64,000 bases of DNA from an uncultured bacterium. GTDB taxonomy: Bacteria > Omnitrophota > Omnitrophia > Omnitrophales > Aquincolibacteriaceae. This document shows, one piece after another, positions 48,968 through 58,482 of this stretch. The translations under genes were made by a program, and so were the position numbers. Each line of letters opens with the position of its first letter. Position 1 is the first letter of the stretch. The stretch lies in contig CAZLTL010000013.1 in NCBI GenBank assembly GCA_964562525.1, positions 16,698 through 80,697 of the forward strand. Reading direction: 5' to 3'. The notes beneath the pieces were generated by a model. The model made no database searches, was not told the DNA's origin, and saw only the letters and a program-made list of their open reading frames with translations.

Positions 48968-49141
48968 TTAGCGTCCGCCGCCGTCCTTGCGTTTGGAAAA
49001 GCAGTCTTTGCAGTAAACCGGACGGTCCCCACTTGGTTTAAAAGGAACTTGGCATTCCTTTTTGCAGTCTGTACAAACTGCCGTAAACATTTCACGCGGT
49101 GCTCCGCCGCCAAATCCACCGCCGCCGCCTTGATAACCCAT
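48968..49141 (-). CDS. glycine-rich C4 zinc-ribbon mini-protein (zf-trcl-like), unannotated
   Basis: Minus-strand translation is MGYQGGGGGFGGGAPREMFTAVCTDCKKECQVPFKPSGDRPVYCKDCFSKRKDGGGR (57 aa). CxxC-x17-CxxC with a VPF.P...RPVYC core. A terminator lies just downstream. Confidence 0.55.
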   Translation of the reverse strand: MGYQGGGGGFGGGAPREMFTAVCTDCKKECQVPFKPSGDRPVYCKDCFSKRKDGGGR

Positions 49142-49328
49142 GAGATCTCCTTGATTGATCGAACTTAGATAGAGCTAATCTCTACCCAAGATAATTATCG
49201 GCTTTCCCGCCAATAAAGGGAGATTTTTAATGGTTATTTTTTTAGCCGCAAATGCCGACAAAAGAATGATTCTGTGTTACTTTTGGAGAGAGATTGCTTA
49301 GTGTTATGACGCAAAAGAGGGGGAGCTG

Positions 49329-49730
49329 ATGAAGTGGATATGGTCGAACAAGAAAAAGGTCAACATCGATAATCAAGAAGGCGTTGCCGCACCCACCGTT
49401 AAATTGAATTTGGCGCGCCCGCTGGTGTTGATAGTTATTTTGATTGCCGTTGCCATTGGGGCTTCTTCTTATTTAAAAACCAATAAGGAAACCGCTGATT
49501 TGTATGAAGGGGTGAGCCAAAAAGTTAAGCCGATAATCAGAACTGTTTTTGCAAAGCTGCCCGTTCCGCAGAAATTCGCGCCCAACGGAGAATCAATTAA
49601 GCTCACGCTGAAAACCGGCCGGCAATTTGAAGGTGTTTTGATCAAGAAAAATAACCAAGGCTATTGGCTTTTTGTGGAAGGAACCGGCGAAGTTTTCTTT
49701 AGTCCGGGCGAAATCGCGGAAGTTTCTTAG
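49329..49730 (+). CDS. hypothetical membrane-anchored protein
   Basis: 133 aa with one TM. Confidence 0.45.
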   Translation: MKWIWSNKKKVNIDNQEGVAAPTVKLNLARPLVLIVILIAVAIGASSYLKTNKETADLYEGVSQKVKPIIRTVFAKLPVPQKFAPNGESIKLTLKTGRQFEGVLIKKNNQGYWLFVEGTGEVFFSPGEIAEVS

Positions 49731-49738
49731 GGACGGAT

Positions 49739-50377
49739 TTGATTTCTAATTGTCCGCTCTGCGGTGCAGCCTCTCATTTTTATGCCCATTCCAATCAAAG
49801 AGCTTTTTGCGCTTGCTCTGTTTGCGGGTTGATTCATTTGATGCCTGAACAACGATTGAGTTTGGCTGAAGAACGTGCCCGATATCTTTTGCATCAAAAC
49901 AGTCCGCGTGATTTGGAGTATCGGGCTTTTTTAGATCGCTTATTGGTGCCGCTTACAATGCTTCTTTCTCCGGTAGCGCAAGGGCTTGACTATGGTTGTG
50001 GACCGGGTCCCACGATAAGCGTGATGATGCGCGAACGGGGCTTCACGATGAATGAGTATGACCCTTTTTTTGTCGCGGAGCGATCTGTTTTAAATCAGCA
50101 GTATGATTTCATTACTTGCACCGAAGCCGCCGAGCATTTTTTTAATCCGAAGGAAGAATTTGAGCGATTAAATCATTTGTTGAAGTCCGGCGGCCATCTC
50201 GGGATCATGACAGCGGTTTATGATCAGAAACCGGCTTTCAGTGATTGGTACTATGCTAAAGATCCTACGCATGTGTCGATTTATACGCCGCAGACAATCC
50301 GATGGATTGCGGATCGGTATGGTTGGTCCTATTCCATGTCGGCGGATAACGCGGTTATTTTTTGTAAGCCGCATTAA
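49739..50377 (+). CDS. class I SAM-dependent methyltransferase with N-terminal Cys4 zinc-ribbon
   Basis: CPLCG ... CSVCG and LDYGCGPGP motif I. TTG start per the ORF track. Confidence 0.65.
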   Translation: MISNCPLCGAASHFYAHSNQRAFCACSVCGLIHLMPEQRLSLAEERARYLLHQNSPRDLEYRAFLDRLLVPLTMLLSPVAQGLDYGCGPGPTISVMMRERGFTMNEYDPFFVAERSVLNQQYDFITCTEAAEHFFNPKEEFERLNHLLKSGGHLGIMTAVYDQKPAFSDWYYAKDPTHVSIYTPQTIRWIADRYGWSYSMSADNAVIFCKPH

Positions 50378-50478
50378 ATCGAGAGTTGATCAAAAGCCGC
50401 TCTCTCGCCATAATACGCGTCTTTGAGGGGCTATTCGACTCTGCAATTATTATTTATTGTTTAAAAAGAAGGTGAATC

Positions 50479-50724
50479 ATGTTCGGAAAAATGAAAAGTA
50501 TGGCGGCGCAAATGCAAATGATGCAAAAGTTAATGAAGGATGAGAATTTTAAGGCGCTGATCGCTCATCCTAAAATGCAGGAACTTTTGCGGGACCCGGA
50601 GTTTTTAGAGCTGATGAAAACAAAAGATTTTCAAAAAGCTTCGTCGAATCCCAAAATAGCCGCTTTGAAGAATGATCCGGAACTTTTGCAGCTGATATCT
50701 AAAGTCCAAATGCCGCAAATGTAA
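50479..50724 (+). CDS. hypothetical small helical-repeat protein
   Basis: 81 aa with a repeated P(K/E)..ELL(R/Q)DPE motif and an upstream RBS. Confidence 0.45.
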   Translation: MFGKMKSMAAQMQMMQKLMKDENFKALIAHPKMQELLRDPEFLELMKTKDFQKASSNPKIAALKNDPELLQLISKVQMPQM

Positions 50725-50755
50725 GAGAGTTGCTGTTTGCGCTGAAAGAATCTTT

Positions 50756-51082
50756 TTAAGAGCGCAGCAGTATTTTGTCAGGGGAGCTGTCTTTGGCTTT
50801 CCATAGTTGGATCAGCACATAACTCGCGATGGCGATGTTTCCCAGCCCCATAATAAGCAGAAACCAAATAGCGCGTGAATACCACCGGGTTTCTTTGTAA
50901 AAGACCCAGCAATAAAAAGTAAGAAAAGCTAAATAAGCGTCAACCAGTGTCGCTTGAAACCATTTGTCGGGCCACAAAGCCTTGCCTGCTTCCAGGATGT
51001 TTTGGCTGAACGATGCCCTGAGTGTGGCCCAAAGAATGATGAGCAGGAAAATCGTAAATAAAATTTGAAGCAGTTTTTTCAT
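50756..51082 (-). CDS. hypothetical membrane protein
   Basis: 108 aa, 3 TM helices. Confidence 0.5.
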   Translation of the reverse strand: MKKLLQILFTIFLLIILWATLRASFSQNILEAGKALWPDKWFQATLVDAYLAFLTFYCWVFYKETRWYSRAIWFLLIMGLGNIAIASYVLIQLWKAKDSSPDKILLRS

Positions 51083-51654
51083 TGTTCTATTTTCAAAAGC
51101 TTGTCGCGCAGTTTTTTATTAAGCGGAACATCCGAAAGCCAAATTCCGAAAAAAGCTTTTTGAAAATCTTCGCCCGGAATGGTCGCCTGAAGTTTTCCGT
51201 TTAAAATTAACGAGGTTCCCACATCCGGCTCATAGCGCAATTCATAGCGGTCTCCTTTATGAACTTTCTGATAAGCCGCGTCCAGCTGTTTAAGTCGGTC
51301 TTCCAGCTTGGCGGAATCATTGGCGGGATTTTTTTTGATCCGGTTGCGCGACGCTTCAATCATCCACTCCTTCTTAATTGTGCGGTGGTAATGCAGTATC
51401 AAGCTTTTTGGGACATTTTTTAAAACCGCATCACTGCTCGTCACTTCTACCGGTGCATAAAGCGCCGCAGTGTAAAGATCCAGTTTTATGTATTCAAGCA
51501 GTTCAACACCTTGAATCGGTAACAGAGTGCCGGAGATGTTTTTTGATGATTCAAAGCAAACTTTCTTTTTACAGAAGAGAGGGGGATTTTGCGCCGCTGC
51601 CGGGGTGGCTAATACCAGCAGCAGTGAAAGCTGAAGAAGGATGATTTTTTTCAT
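51079..51654 (-). CDS. chalcone-isomerase-like periplasmic protein
   Basis: Signal peptide. Weak match to chalcone_3 family features (YTAALYAP). Confidence 0.4.
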   Translation of the reverse strand: MKKIILLQLSLLLVLATPAAAQNPPLFCKKKVCFESSKNISGTLLPIQGVELLEYIKLDLYTAALYAPVEVTSSDAVLKNVPKSLILHYHRTIKKEWMIEASRNRIKKNPANDSAKLEDRLKQLDAAYQKVHKGDRYELRYEPDVGTSLILNGKLQATIPGEDFQKAFFGIWLSDVPLNKKLRDKLLKIEQ

Positions 51655-51662
51655 GAGAGGTT

Positions 51663-51707
51663 AAAATAAAAAACGCCACTCCCAACGAATGCTGAGAGTG
51701 GCGTTTT
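51663..51707 (-). terminator. rho-independent terminator after the lipoprotein gene
   Basis: Stem acgccactc ... gagtggcgt, with a T-run on the minus strand. Confidence 0.65.
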
Positions 51708-51715
51708 AAAGAGCT

Positions 51716-51934
51716 TTATTTGCTTGTGTAGCGATTTCCGGATGTTGTTCCGTACTGAGAAACAGCCTGATCTGCCGCGCCGCTATAGCTTGCGGACGGA
51801 GAAGAAGGTGCCGGACTATAAGCCGCGGAACCGTAAGAAACGGGGGCTGAAGTCGGGCAAGGCGGGCATTTGCGCGCGCAGCCTGAAACCAAAACCAAAG
51901 CACCAATTAAAAGAATACCAAAATGAACTTTCAT
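51716..51934 (-). CDS. small Ala/Ser/Pro-rich lipoprotein
   Basis: Lipobox LVSGC, 72 aa. Confidence 0.55.
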   Translation of the reverse strand: MKVHFGILLIGALVLVSGCARKCPPCPTSAPVSYGSAAYSPAPSSPSASYSGAADQAVSQYGTTSGNRYTSK

Positions 51935-52080
51935 GCGAGCCTCCTTAATATAAGATTGCAGAGCGGGTATGTTATCAAAACTTTGCCCTTTCAGCTACAT
52001 TTCTGATGAATGTTTTCTTCGGAGCCCTTTCAGGATAGAATGCGCTGAATTCAACCCTTTTTCCCTGAGGAGTATGACCC

Positions 52081-52476
52081 ATGGATCATTTCGGAAAGTT
52101 AGTTTTAAGGCTGTCAGTCGGCGGACTGATGCTTTTTCACGGAATTCATAAGTTAACTCATGGATTCACCATGATCGGCGATATGCTCGTTAAAAATCAG
52201 TTGCCGCGTGAATTGATGTGGGGGGTCATTGTCGGAGAAGTTGTGGCCCCAGTTCTTTTAATTATCGGTTGGATGACTCGTCCGGCTGCCGCGCTTGTCG
52301 CTTTTACCATGGTGATGTCGATTTATCTCGTTTTCCGCGATAGTTTGCTGACATTAAATGAATTCGGCGCGCTGACCTATGAACTCAATTTGATTTATCT
52401 TTTTGGAGCGCTTGCGATTCTGTTTTTGGGCGCCGGAGCTTTTTCCGTTTCTAGAGGCCAAGGACGATTTAACTAA
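52081..52476 (+). CDS. DoxX family membrane protein
   Basis: LSVGGLMLFHGIHKL and 4 TM helices. Confidence 0.7.
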   Translation: MDHFGKLVLRLSVGGLMLFHGIHKLTHGFTMIGDMLVKNQLPRELMWGVIVGEVVAPVLLIIGWMTRPAAALVAFTMVMSIYLVFRDSLLTLNEFGALTYELNLIYLFGALAILFLGAGAFSVSRGQGRFN

Positions 52477-52496
52477 GTAGCTCAATTACGGAAAAC

Positions 52497-53525
52497 ATGA
52501 ATCTTAACCTTCTTCCAGTTTTGGTTTGTCCCCTGCACCAGGCTAATTTATCTATCCAATCCTCATCTGAGTTGCGTGGTGCATGTGGATGTACTTACCC
52601 TGTGGCTAATCAAATTCCTGTACTGATTCCTGAATCAACTGTTTTTGGTGTTGACGCTAGTAATTTGTCGCGGATTAGTGCTTTGAGCTGTGCCGACGAT
52701 CCTCTTTTTTTAAACACAGTTGGTTTTACTCCAGATCAGCTTAAGGCTTGTCAAAACCTGATAGCTGCAAACACAGCGTCCTCCAAAGTTGACCCCGTTG
52801 TTTCATATATGATCGAAGCTACCAATGGAATTGCTTACCGGGAAATGATTGGAAAACTAAAATATTATCCGATTCCAGAAATTCGTCTTCCAACTAGCGC
52901 AGGTGCGTCATTACTTGATATTGGCTGTAATTGGGGAAGGTGGTCAATTAGTGCTTCCCAAAAAGGTTATTGCGTGATTGGCTTAGACCCCCAGTTAGGA
53001 GCCGTTGCAGCTGCACAAAGAGTCGCCTCGCAGCTTGGTGTGAATCCGAGCTTTGTTGCAGGTGACGGAAGAAAGTTGCCGTTCAAGGATTCAACTTTTG
53101 ACTATGTTTTTTCTTATAGTGTGTTGCAGCATTTACCTAAGAATGAAGCCTCGGATGTGCTAAAAGAAATTCATCGTGTTCTAAAACCAGGGGGGAAAAG
53201 TATGATTCAGATGCCGAACTGGTTAGGTATTCGCTGTTTGTATCATCAGCTTCGCAGAGGGTTTCAGAAGCCGTCTGCGTTTGAGGTGCGATATTGGGAG
53301 TTCTCAGAGCTTAAGAGAGTTTTTACGAAAATGATTGGGACGAGTAAGATTTCTGTAGACTGTTATTTTGGTTTAGGGCTTCAAATGAGCGATAAGGAAT
53401 TTATGTCGCAGTTAGCTCGCAAGGCGGTTGTTGTATCGGAGTTTTTGCGACGCTTTAGCCAGAAAATTCCTTTATTGGTTCAATTGGCAGATAGTTTGAT
53501 TATTGAATCTACAAAAAGCCAATAA
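52497..53525 (+). CDS. class I SAM-dependent methyltransferase with N-terminal Trm112-like segment
   Basis: VCPLHQ ... IPVL Trm112-like region, LLDIGCNWG motif I, and LKPGG post-I. Confidence 0.6.
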   Translation: MNLNLLPVLVCPLHQANLSIQSSSELRGACGCTYPVANQIPVLIPESTVFGVDASNLSRISALSCADDPLFLNTVGFTPDQLKACQNLIAANTASSKVDPVVSYMIEATNGIAYREMIGKLKYYPIPEIRLPTSAGASLLDIGCNWGRWSISASQKGYCVIGLDPQLGAVAAAQRVASQLGVNPSFVAGDGRKLPFKDSTFDYVFSYSVLQHLPKNEASDVLKEIHRVLKPGGKSMIQMPNWLGIRCLYHQLRRGFQKPSAFEVRYWEFSELKRVFTKMIGTSKISVDCYFGLGLQMSDKEFMSQLARKAVVVSEFLRRFSQKIPLLVQLADSLIIESTKSQ

Positions 53526-53529
53526 CTTT

Positions 53530-54906
53530 ATGAATGATAAAGTGTTTCGTTTGTTCGTCTGTTTGGTTGTGGGAGTCTTTTTTGGTGCGAGCCGTCTTTT
53601 TGCGGCTGAAATGGTTTTGAACTATGCTTTGACGGAAAAGCATGTGCCGATTGCGCAAGCAGACAAAAAGAAAAGCAAACCCACCCAATCAGCTTCGACA
53701 AAGCGCGTTGTTTTTGGTGCCGGGTTTTTTTCGGTTAAAGAAAAATCGCTGGAGCGGATTTATGATTTTAATAATCGCCGCATTCACTATCTTAATCATC
53801 AGTCCAAAACGCATGCCGAAATTTCGCTTTTTGCCGATTTAGCTTTTCGTATCGCGGAATTGCAAACCCGCATCAAGATGGCTGAAGCTGTGCAGCGAGC
53901 CGGGGAAGCCGGTCCCGATAACCTTTACACGCTGGAAAGTCTTTTCGGTCTCGAGGGCGAAAAGCCTCAGGTGACTTTGAGCGAAGAAAAATCGAAATCC
54001 GGCGCTATGGTTCTTTTGGATCAGGGTGAAAAAGTTGCTGAAGTTGATATGGGCAAAGACACACCCCAGGTAGATGCGAATCTTTTTGGCCGATTTTTAA
54101 TTTATGATCATTCGCTGCACCCGTTGATTCGCAGGCGAATTTTGTCTGAAGCGCGTGTGCCGAAAACGTTTCGCTATTATCTTGAGAATTTAATTTCCCA
54201 AGATGAATTTGCTGTTGAACTTAAGAAGTTTGAATCTCGCCCTGACCAAGGTTTTAAAATACCCGCAAACTACAAGCGTTCGTCGAACCGGCCCGGAGCG
54301 CTTCCCGAATCCGCGGCTTTGGATGAGGTGATTCACTCTGTGCGAGCAGGCAAGAGCAAACTTTTGCAGCATTCCCAAAGTTGGTTTTGGGACGCTGCGC
54401 AGGCTTCTATCGCAGAAAAAGATTATTTAAACGCGGCAATTTATTATCTGGAGTATGGACTTCAATCGGGAGATCAAGCTCAAGTGACCGAAGCCATGCA
54501 AAAGATTGCTGTTTTTCAAACGGAGGGAAGTGACTTGGATCGCTTTCTGCGCAGCTTGGGTGTTTCAGGTAAAGAGCAGGCTGAGCGCGCGATTGAAGAG
54601 CTGCAAAAGCTAGACCGCGCCCTCATTAAGCGAGATCATGTTCTTGATTTAGTGTTAGCCAATCAAAAAGCTGTTTTGGGGCTTCATGAAGCCGCCGCGA
54701 AGCTTTTGATAGCGGCGTTGAAAAAGAATCCCTATTTAGCGGGGGCTTATAAGGATCTGGGCGATTTGTTTTACGGTCAACTAGATATGTCTTCAGCGTG
54801 GCTTTGCTGGGACTTCGGCCGTGAGTTAGCGCCCAATCATTTTATGCTTGAGCCCATTTCGGATTATGAAAATGAGCTTCTCAAAAATTACCCGGATTTT
54901 TTTTAA
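53530..54906 (+). CDS. hypothetical secreted protein (C-terminal TPR-like helices)
   Basis: Signal peptide from the ATG at 53530. Confidence 0.45.
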   Translation: MNDKVFRLFVCLVVGVFFGASRLFAAEMVLNYALTEKHVPIAQADKKKSKPTQSASTKRVVFGAGFFSVKEKSLERIYDFNNRRIHYLNHQSKTHAEISLFADLAFRIAELQTRIKMAEAVQRAGEAGPDNLYTLESLFGLEGEKPQVTLSEEKSKSGAMVLLDQGEKVAEVDMGKDTPQVDANLFGRFLIYDHSLHPLIRRRILSEARVPKTFRYYLENLISQDEFAVELKKFESRPDQGFKIPANYKRSSNRPGALPESAALDEVIHSVRAGKSKLLQHSQSWFWDAAQASIAEKDYLNAAIYYLEYGLQSGDQAQVTEAMQKIAVFQTEGSDLDRFLRSLGVSGKEQAERAIEELQKLDRALIKRDHVLDLVLANQKAVLGLHEAAAKLLIAALKKNPYLAGAYKDLGDLFYGQLDMSSAWLCWDFGRELAPNHFMLEPISDYENELLKNYPDFF

Positions 54907-54915
54907 AGGCGCGTT

Positions 54916-55512
54916 ATGAAGAACTATTTTTATCTCGCGTTCTTTCTTACGATCGGAGCCGGTTTTTGCTTTGCGCAAGATGAATCCATGAGTGTTTTTC
55001 AAGGCAAGGCTGATTCTTTCAAGAAAGCGCATTCTGTTTTTGAAGTGAGCTGTCTTCCTTGTCATTCCGCGGCCAAGCCGCTTTCATGGCATGAGAAATT
55101 GCCGGTGATGAGCGCGCTTAAGAAAAGGGAATGCCGGAAGGCCTTGGCGGGAATCAACTTGGATGAAACGGTTTATTTGGCGGGTGCGGCTCCTGCGCCG
55201 GAAGTTTTAGCCCGGATTGAAGCGGCGATTCTGAACGGCAAAATGCCTCCGCATGATTACATTATCCGAAATTGGAAAGCGCGTTTATCCAAAAAAGAAA
55301 AGCAGGATGTGCTGACTTGGATCGAGGATGAGCGGCGGCTTTACCAGCCGGCTTCGGCTGTTATAACGGAAGGCGCATTGCCGCCGACCCCGGACTTAAA
55401 GCCACTCAAAGTTTTGGAAAATTCGTTTCAGCCCGACGATGAGAACGATGAGCCCGAATCCGCTTTAGAGGCGGAGAGCCACACCAACCCTTTTAAGCCG
55501 CGGAAATTTTAA
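54916..55512 (+). CDS. secreted putative heme-binding protein (single CxxCH)
   Basis: Signal peptide and CLPCHS. Confidence 0.45.
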   Translation: MKNYFYLAFFLTIGAGFCFAQDESMSVFQGKADSFKKAHSVFEVSCLPCHSAAKPLSWHEKLPVMSALKKRECRKALAGINLDETVYLAGAAPAPEVLARIEAAILNGKMPPHDYIIRNWKARLSKKEKQDVLTWIEDERRLYQPASAVITEGALPPTPDLKPLKVLENSFQPDDENDEPESALEAESHTNPFKPRKF

Positions 55513-55519
55513 TTTACAT

Positions 55520-56281
55520 ATGAATTTTAAAGACCGGTTGATTCAAGTTTGTCATTTTTTTGTTATTCCGCGTTTGGCGCTGGTTTTAACTTTGGGTTCT
55601 GTGCTGTGTTTTGCTTTTGCGATGATCTCGCCCGGGTTTTTGCCTTTCATTGCCTTTGTGCCCGAGCTCATTTTTCAAGGTCAGATTTGGCGACTGATTT
55701 CGTTTATTTTTTATCCTTTTGCTATGCATCCTATTTTTGCGCTGTTCACTTACTATCTTTTTTTTGTTATGGGCGCGGCGCTCGAAAAGCAATGGGGTAG
55801 CGGAAAATTCAATTTATTTATGTTTGCGGGGTATTTTTTAACCGTAGCTGTTTCATTCTTAACGCCGCAAACTGTCGCGACAAATTACTATATTTATCTT
55901 GCGGTTTACCTGGCGTTCGCGGCGATGCACCCCGACTTTGAGCTTTATTTGTTTTTCGTGGTTCCGGTTAAAATGAAGTGGCTTGCCTGGGTCGTTGCGG
56001 CGCTGACCGGACTTGAGTTTTTTGTTTCGCCGTTATCATCCAAACTTGCCATTCTCGCTGCGGCTTTTAATTTTCTTATTTTTTTTGGTCCCGAATATTT
56101 CAGAAAGACAAAGGCGCAAGTTAAAACAGTTCAGCTTGAAATTCGCGCGGTTCAAGAAGAGTCCAAGCCTTTTCACCTTTGCGTTGTTTGCGGCGCGACT
56201 GAAAAAACTCATCCGCAGCTGAGTTTTCGGGTTGCAGGGGGGCATGAGTATTGTGTTCAGCATTTGCCTGCGGCGAAGTGA
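55520..56281 (+). CDS. hypothetical polytopic membrane protein with C-terminal Cys/His cluster
   Basis: 6 TM helices and CVVCG ... HEYCVQH. Confidence 0.5.
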   Translation: MNFKDRLIQVCHFFVIPRLALVLTLGSVLCFAFAMISPGFLPFIAFVPELIFQGQIWRLISFIFYPFAMHPIFALFTYYLFFVMGAALEKQWGSGKFNLFMFAGYFLTVAVSFLTPQTVATNYYIYLAVYLAFAAMHPDFELYLFFVVPVKMKWLAWVVAALTGLEFFVSPLSSKLAILAAAFNFLIFFGPEYFRKTKAQVKTVQLEIRAVQEESKPFHLCVVCGATEKTHPQLSFRVAGGHEYCVQHLPAAK

Positions 56282-56340
56282 GATTTGATTTTTGCGTTCT
56301 CAAAGGGTACTTTTTGGGAAAGAGAAGATGAGGAGATTTT

Positions 56341-56568
56341 ATGGAGACATCAGAGTCAAAGAAAGACCGGTTCAAGCGCTTGGCGTCCAGCCGCACAAAT
56401 GCGGTGATCGAAAAACTGGATATTCTCGGGAACTGTGCCAACCGCTCTAATTATGAATACACGGATGAAGAGGTGAAGCTAATGCTGCTTGCGATCGAGC
56501 GGAAATTGAATGAGGTTAAAATTTTGTACAGCCAAACCGCTTCTAAAGACAGTAATTTCCACTTTTAA
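56341..56568 (+). CDS. hypothetical small protein
   Basis: 75 aa, with a strong RBS (gaggagattttatg). Confidence 0.4.
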   Translation: METSESKKDRFKRLASSRTNAVIEKLDILGNCANRSNYEYTDEEVKLMLLAIERKLNEVKILYSQTASKDSNFHF

Positions 56569-56649
56569 AACGAAGAATAGTTCCTGAAGATTGATTTGCC
56601 CGGGAACGCTTAATTTTGTTAGAATCGGCCGTAATTGAAGGGACGATTC

Positions 56650-57660
56650 ATGAAAAAATACCTGCTTTTATTCTTTGCTTTGATTTTCGTTTCTCTTTCT
56701 GCATCAGCTGATGAGGCTTCCGACTCGATGGAAGCGGCTTTGGCAACTCATTCAGATTCTTTAAGTTTGGAATCGGATATCCCAGAATCTCTGCCGCCTG
56801 CGTCCGAATCTGTCGCTGTCACTGAGGCTCCGGCAGTTGCTGCACCGGCTTCCGCGGTTGTTCCTGAGCTGCCCGCGGCACCGATTGTGCCGTCAACTGA
56901 GCCTGCCTCTGAGCCGGTTAAAGCACGTGATGTTTTGCCTGAGATGCCTTCGTCTGACTCCGAATCTGATGAGCTGGGAGAAACTGTTTTGGATGAAGAG
57001 GGGAATGAAGTTTCTGCCAAGACTCTTGTGCTTGAAGAGGCCGCGAAAGCAGGAAAGTTAATGTTGGCGGATTTTGACGCGGGTGATAAGCCAAATAACT
57101 TGGGCGGAGACTACGGTAATTGGGATAAAGACCCCAGTGATGATACTCAGGGATGCCGCACCTCGCATGTTTCCGACGACTCAACCGGCAATCTTGAAGG
57201 CTTCGCTTTACGCTTGGATTATGACGTAAATTCTCCGAACCCGGCTTATAACGGGTTTTGGATGAAGCTTGAAAATGTAAGTGCTTTGCCCTATGACACT
57301 TTGTCGTTGGATGTCCGCGGCGCGTCGCATCGCTTCTCGAAGCGTTTGAAGGTGGAATTAAAAACACCGGATAGCCGGTCTTCTTCTTTTTTTATAAGCG
57401 GAATTACGGATCAATGGCAAACCATCCAAATTCCTTTAAAGCGGTTTAAGGGGATTAAGGATTGGTCGATTTTAAGTGAACTGATTTTGGTTTTTGATGA
57501 TGTCAACATTGTGCCGAAAAAAGGGACTTTGCTGGTTGATCAAATCCGTTTTGAGCGGATTAAGGGCGGGATGCCTCAGAAAAATAAAGCCGAGGATAAA
57601 ACCGGATATTTTCTATCTGATGACAAAAATCCTGAAGAATTAATCAATCAGCCGTCATGA
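56650..57660 (+). CDS. secreted protein with acidic linker and C-terminal beta-sandwich (carbohydrate-binding-like) domain
   Basis: Signal peptide from the ATG at 56650, a P/A/S/E-rich linker, and a C-terminal domain of about 190 aa. Confidence 0.45.
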   Translation: MKKYLLLFFALIFVSLSASADEASDSMEAALATHSDSLSLESDIPESLPPASESVAVTEAPAVAAPASAVVPELPAAPIVPSTEPASEPVKARDVLPEMPSSDSESDELGETVLDEEGNEVSAKTLVLEEAAKAGKLMLADFDAGDKPNNLGGDYGNWDKDPSDDTQGCRTSHVSDDSTGNLEGFALRLDYDVNSPNPAYNGFWMKLENVSALPYDTLSLDVRGASHRFSKRLKVELKTPDSRSSSFFISGITDQWQTIQIPLKRFKGIKDWSILSELILVFDDVNIVPKKGTLLVDQIRFERIKGGMPQKNKAEDKTGYFLSDDKNPEELINQPS

Positions 57661-58217
57661 AAAACGTTTGGGTTCTTATTATGATATTTAGTTTTCTTTT
57701 TGGCTCATCGGTTCCGGCGGATCCTTCTAAGTCCGTTCATGATTACAAGGCAAACCTCATTCAAGGTACAGAGAGAAATCTAGCGGATTACAAAGGCAAG
57801 GTTCTATTAATTGTTAATACGGCTTCCGGCTGTGGGTTCACTCCGCAATATGCCGCGTTGCAAAGTCTTTATGAAAAGTATCATGATCGAGGGTTTGAGA
57901 TTTTAGCTTTCCCTTCCAATGACTTTGGCGGGCAAGAGCCGGCTTCCAACGAAGAAATTCAAAAATTTTGTAATTTGCGTTTCAAAGTTAAGTTTCCTCT
58001 TTTTGAAAAAGTCGCCGTAAAAGGCGATCAAGCGCATCCTTTGTTTCAATATTTGACTAAGGAAAGCCCGCACAAAGGATCAATTAAGTGGAATTTCTCC
58101 AAGTTCTTGGTTGATCAAAACGGCCAAGTTGTTGATCGTTTCGCGCCCACGACCGATCCTCTTTCCGGCAAAGTGACCGGTCCAATCGAGTCTTTGCTTT
58201 CTTCCGCTGCGGTTTAA
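57657..58217 (+). CDS. glutathione peroxidase
   Basis: NTASGCGFTPQY catalytic Cys, FPSNDFGGQEP, and WNFSKFL motifs. Confidence 0.85.
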   Translation: MKNVWVLIMIFSFLFGSSVPADPSKSVHDYKANLIQGTERNLADYKGKVLLIVNTASGCGFTPQYAALQSLYEKYHDRGFEILAFPSNDFGGQEPASNEEIQKFCNLRFKVKFPLFEKVAVKGDQAHPLFQYLTKESPHKGSIKWNFSKFLVDQNGQVVDRFAPTTDPLSGKVTGPIESLLSSAAV

Positions 58218-58261
58218 CTTCCGATTGCATTTTTAAAGAACCCTGTTAAAATCACCTCGTT

Positions 58262-58482
58262 TTCAGAGCAGGTTCCATGATCTAAACTTCATGGATTGAA
58301 TCGGAAGCGAGAAGCCGTAAAAGCCGTCTCCGCCGTGCCGCGACTGTCGCAGTTAATGCCAACTGCTAGCCAGATACGAGCCTAGCTTGATGTATCGCTC
58401 CTCATATTGCGAGCCACAACTTGAGGAACGGGTGAGTCCTGCCCATTTGCAGTCTCCTTCGTTCTTCTTGAAGGAGATTTAT
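58262..58482 (+). promoter_or_regulatory. putative cobalamin riboswitch with RBS-sequestering hairpin
   Basis: ggaagcgagaagccgtaaaagcc ... gccgcgactgt ... agccagatacgagcctagc resembles GGAAGCCGGTGAAAATCC ... CCGCCACTGT ... AGTCAGGATACCTGCC. tctccttc-N9-gaaggaga pairs with the Shine-Dalgarno. The context is B12 uptake genes. Confidence 0.45.

Noticed and set aside
48947-49168. Plus-strand 73-aa ORF from the track.
   Set aside because: The minus strand of the same interval encodes a textbook C4 zinc-ribbon peptide with a downstream terminator. The plus-strand frame has no features.
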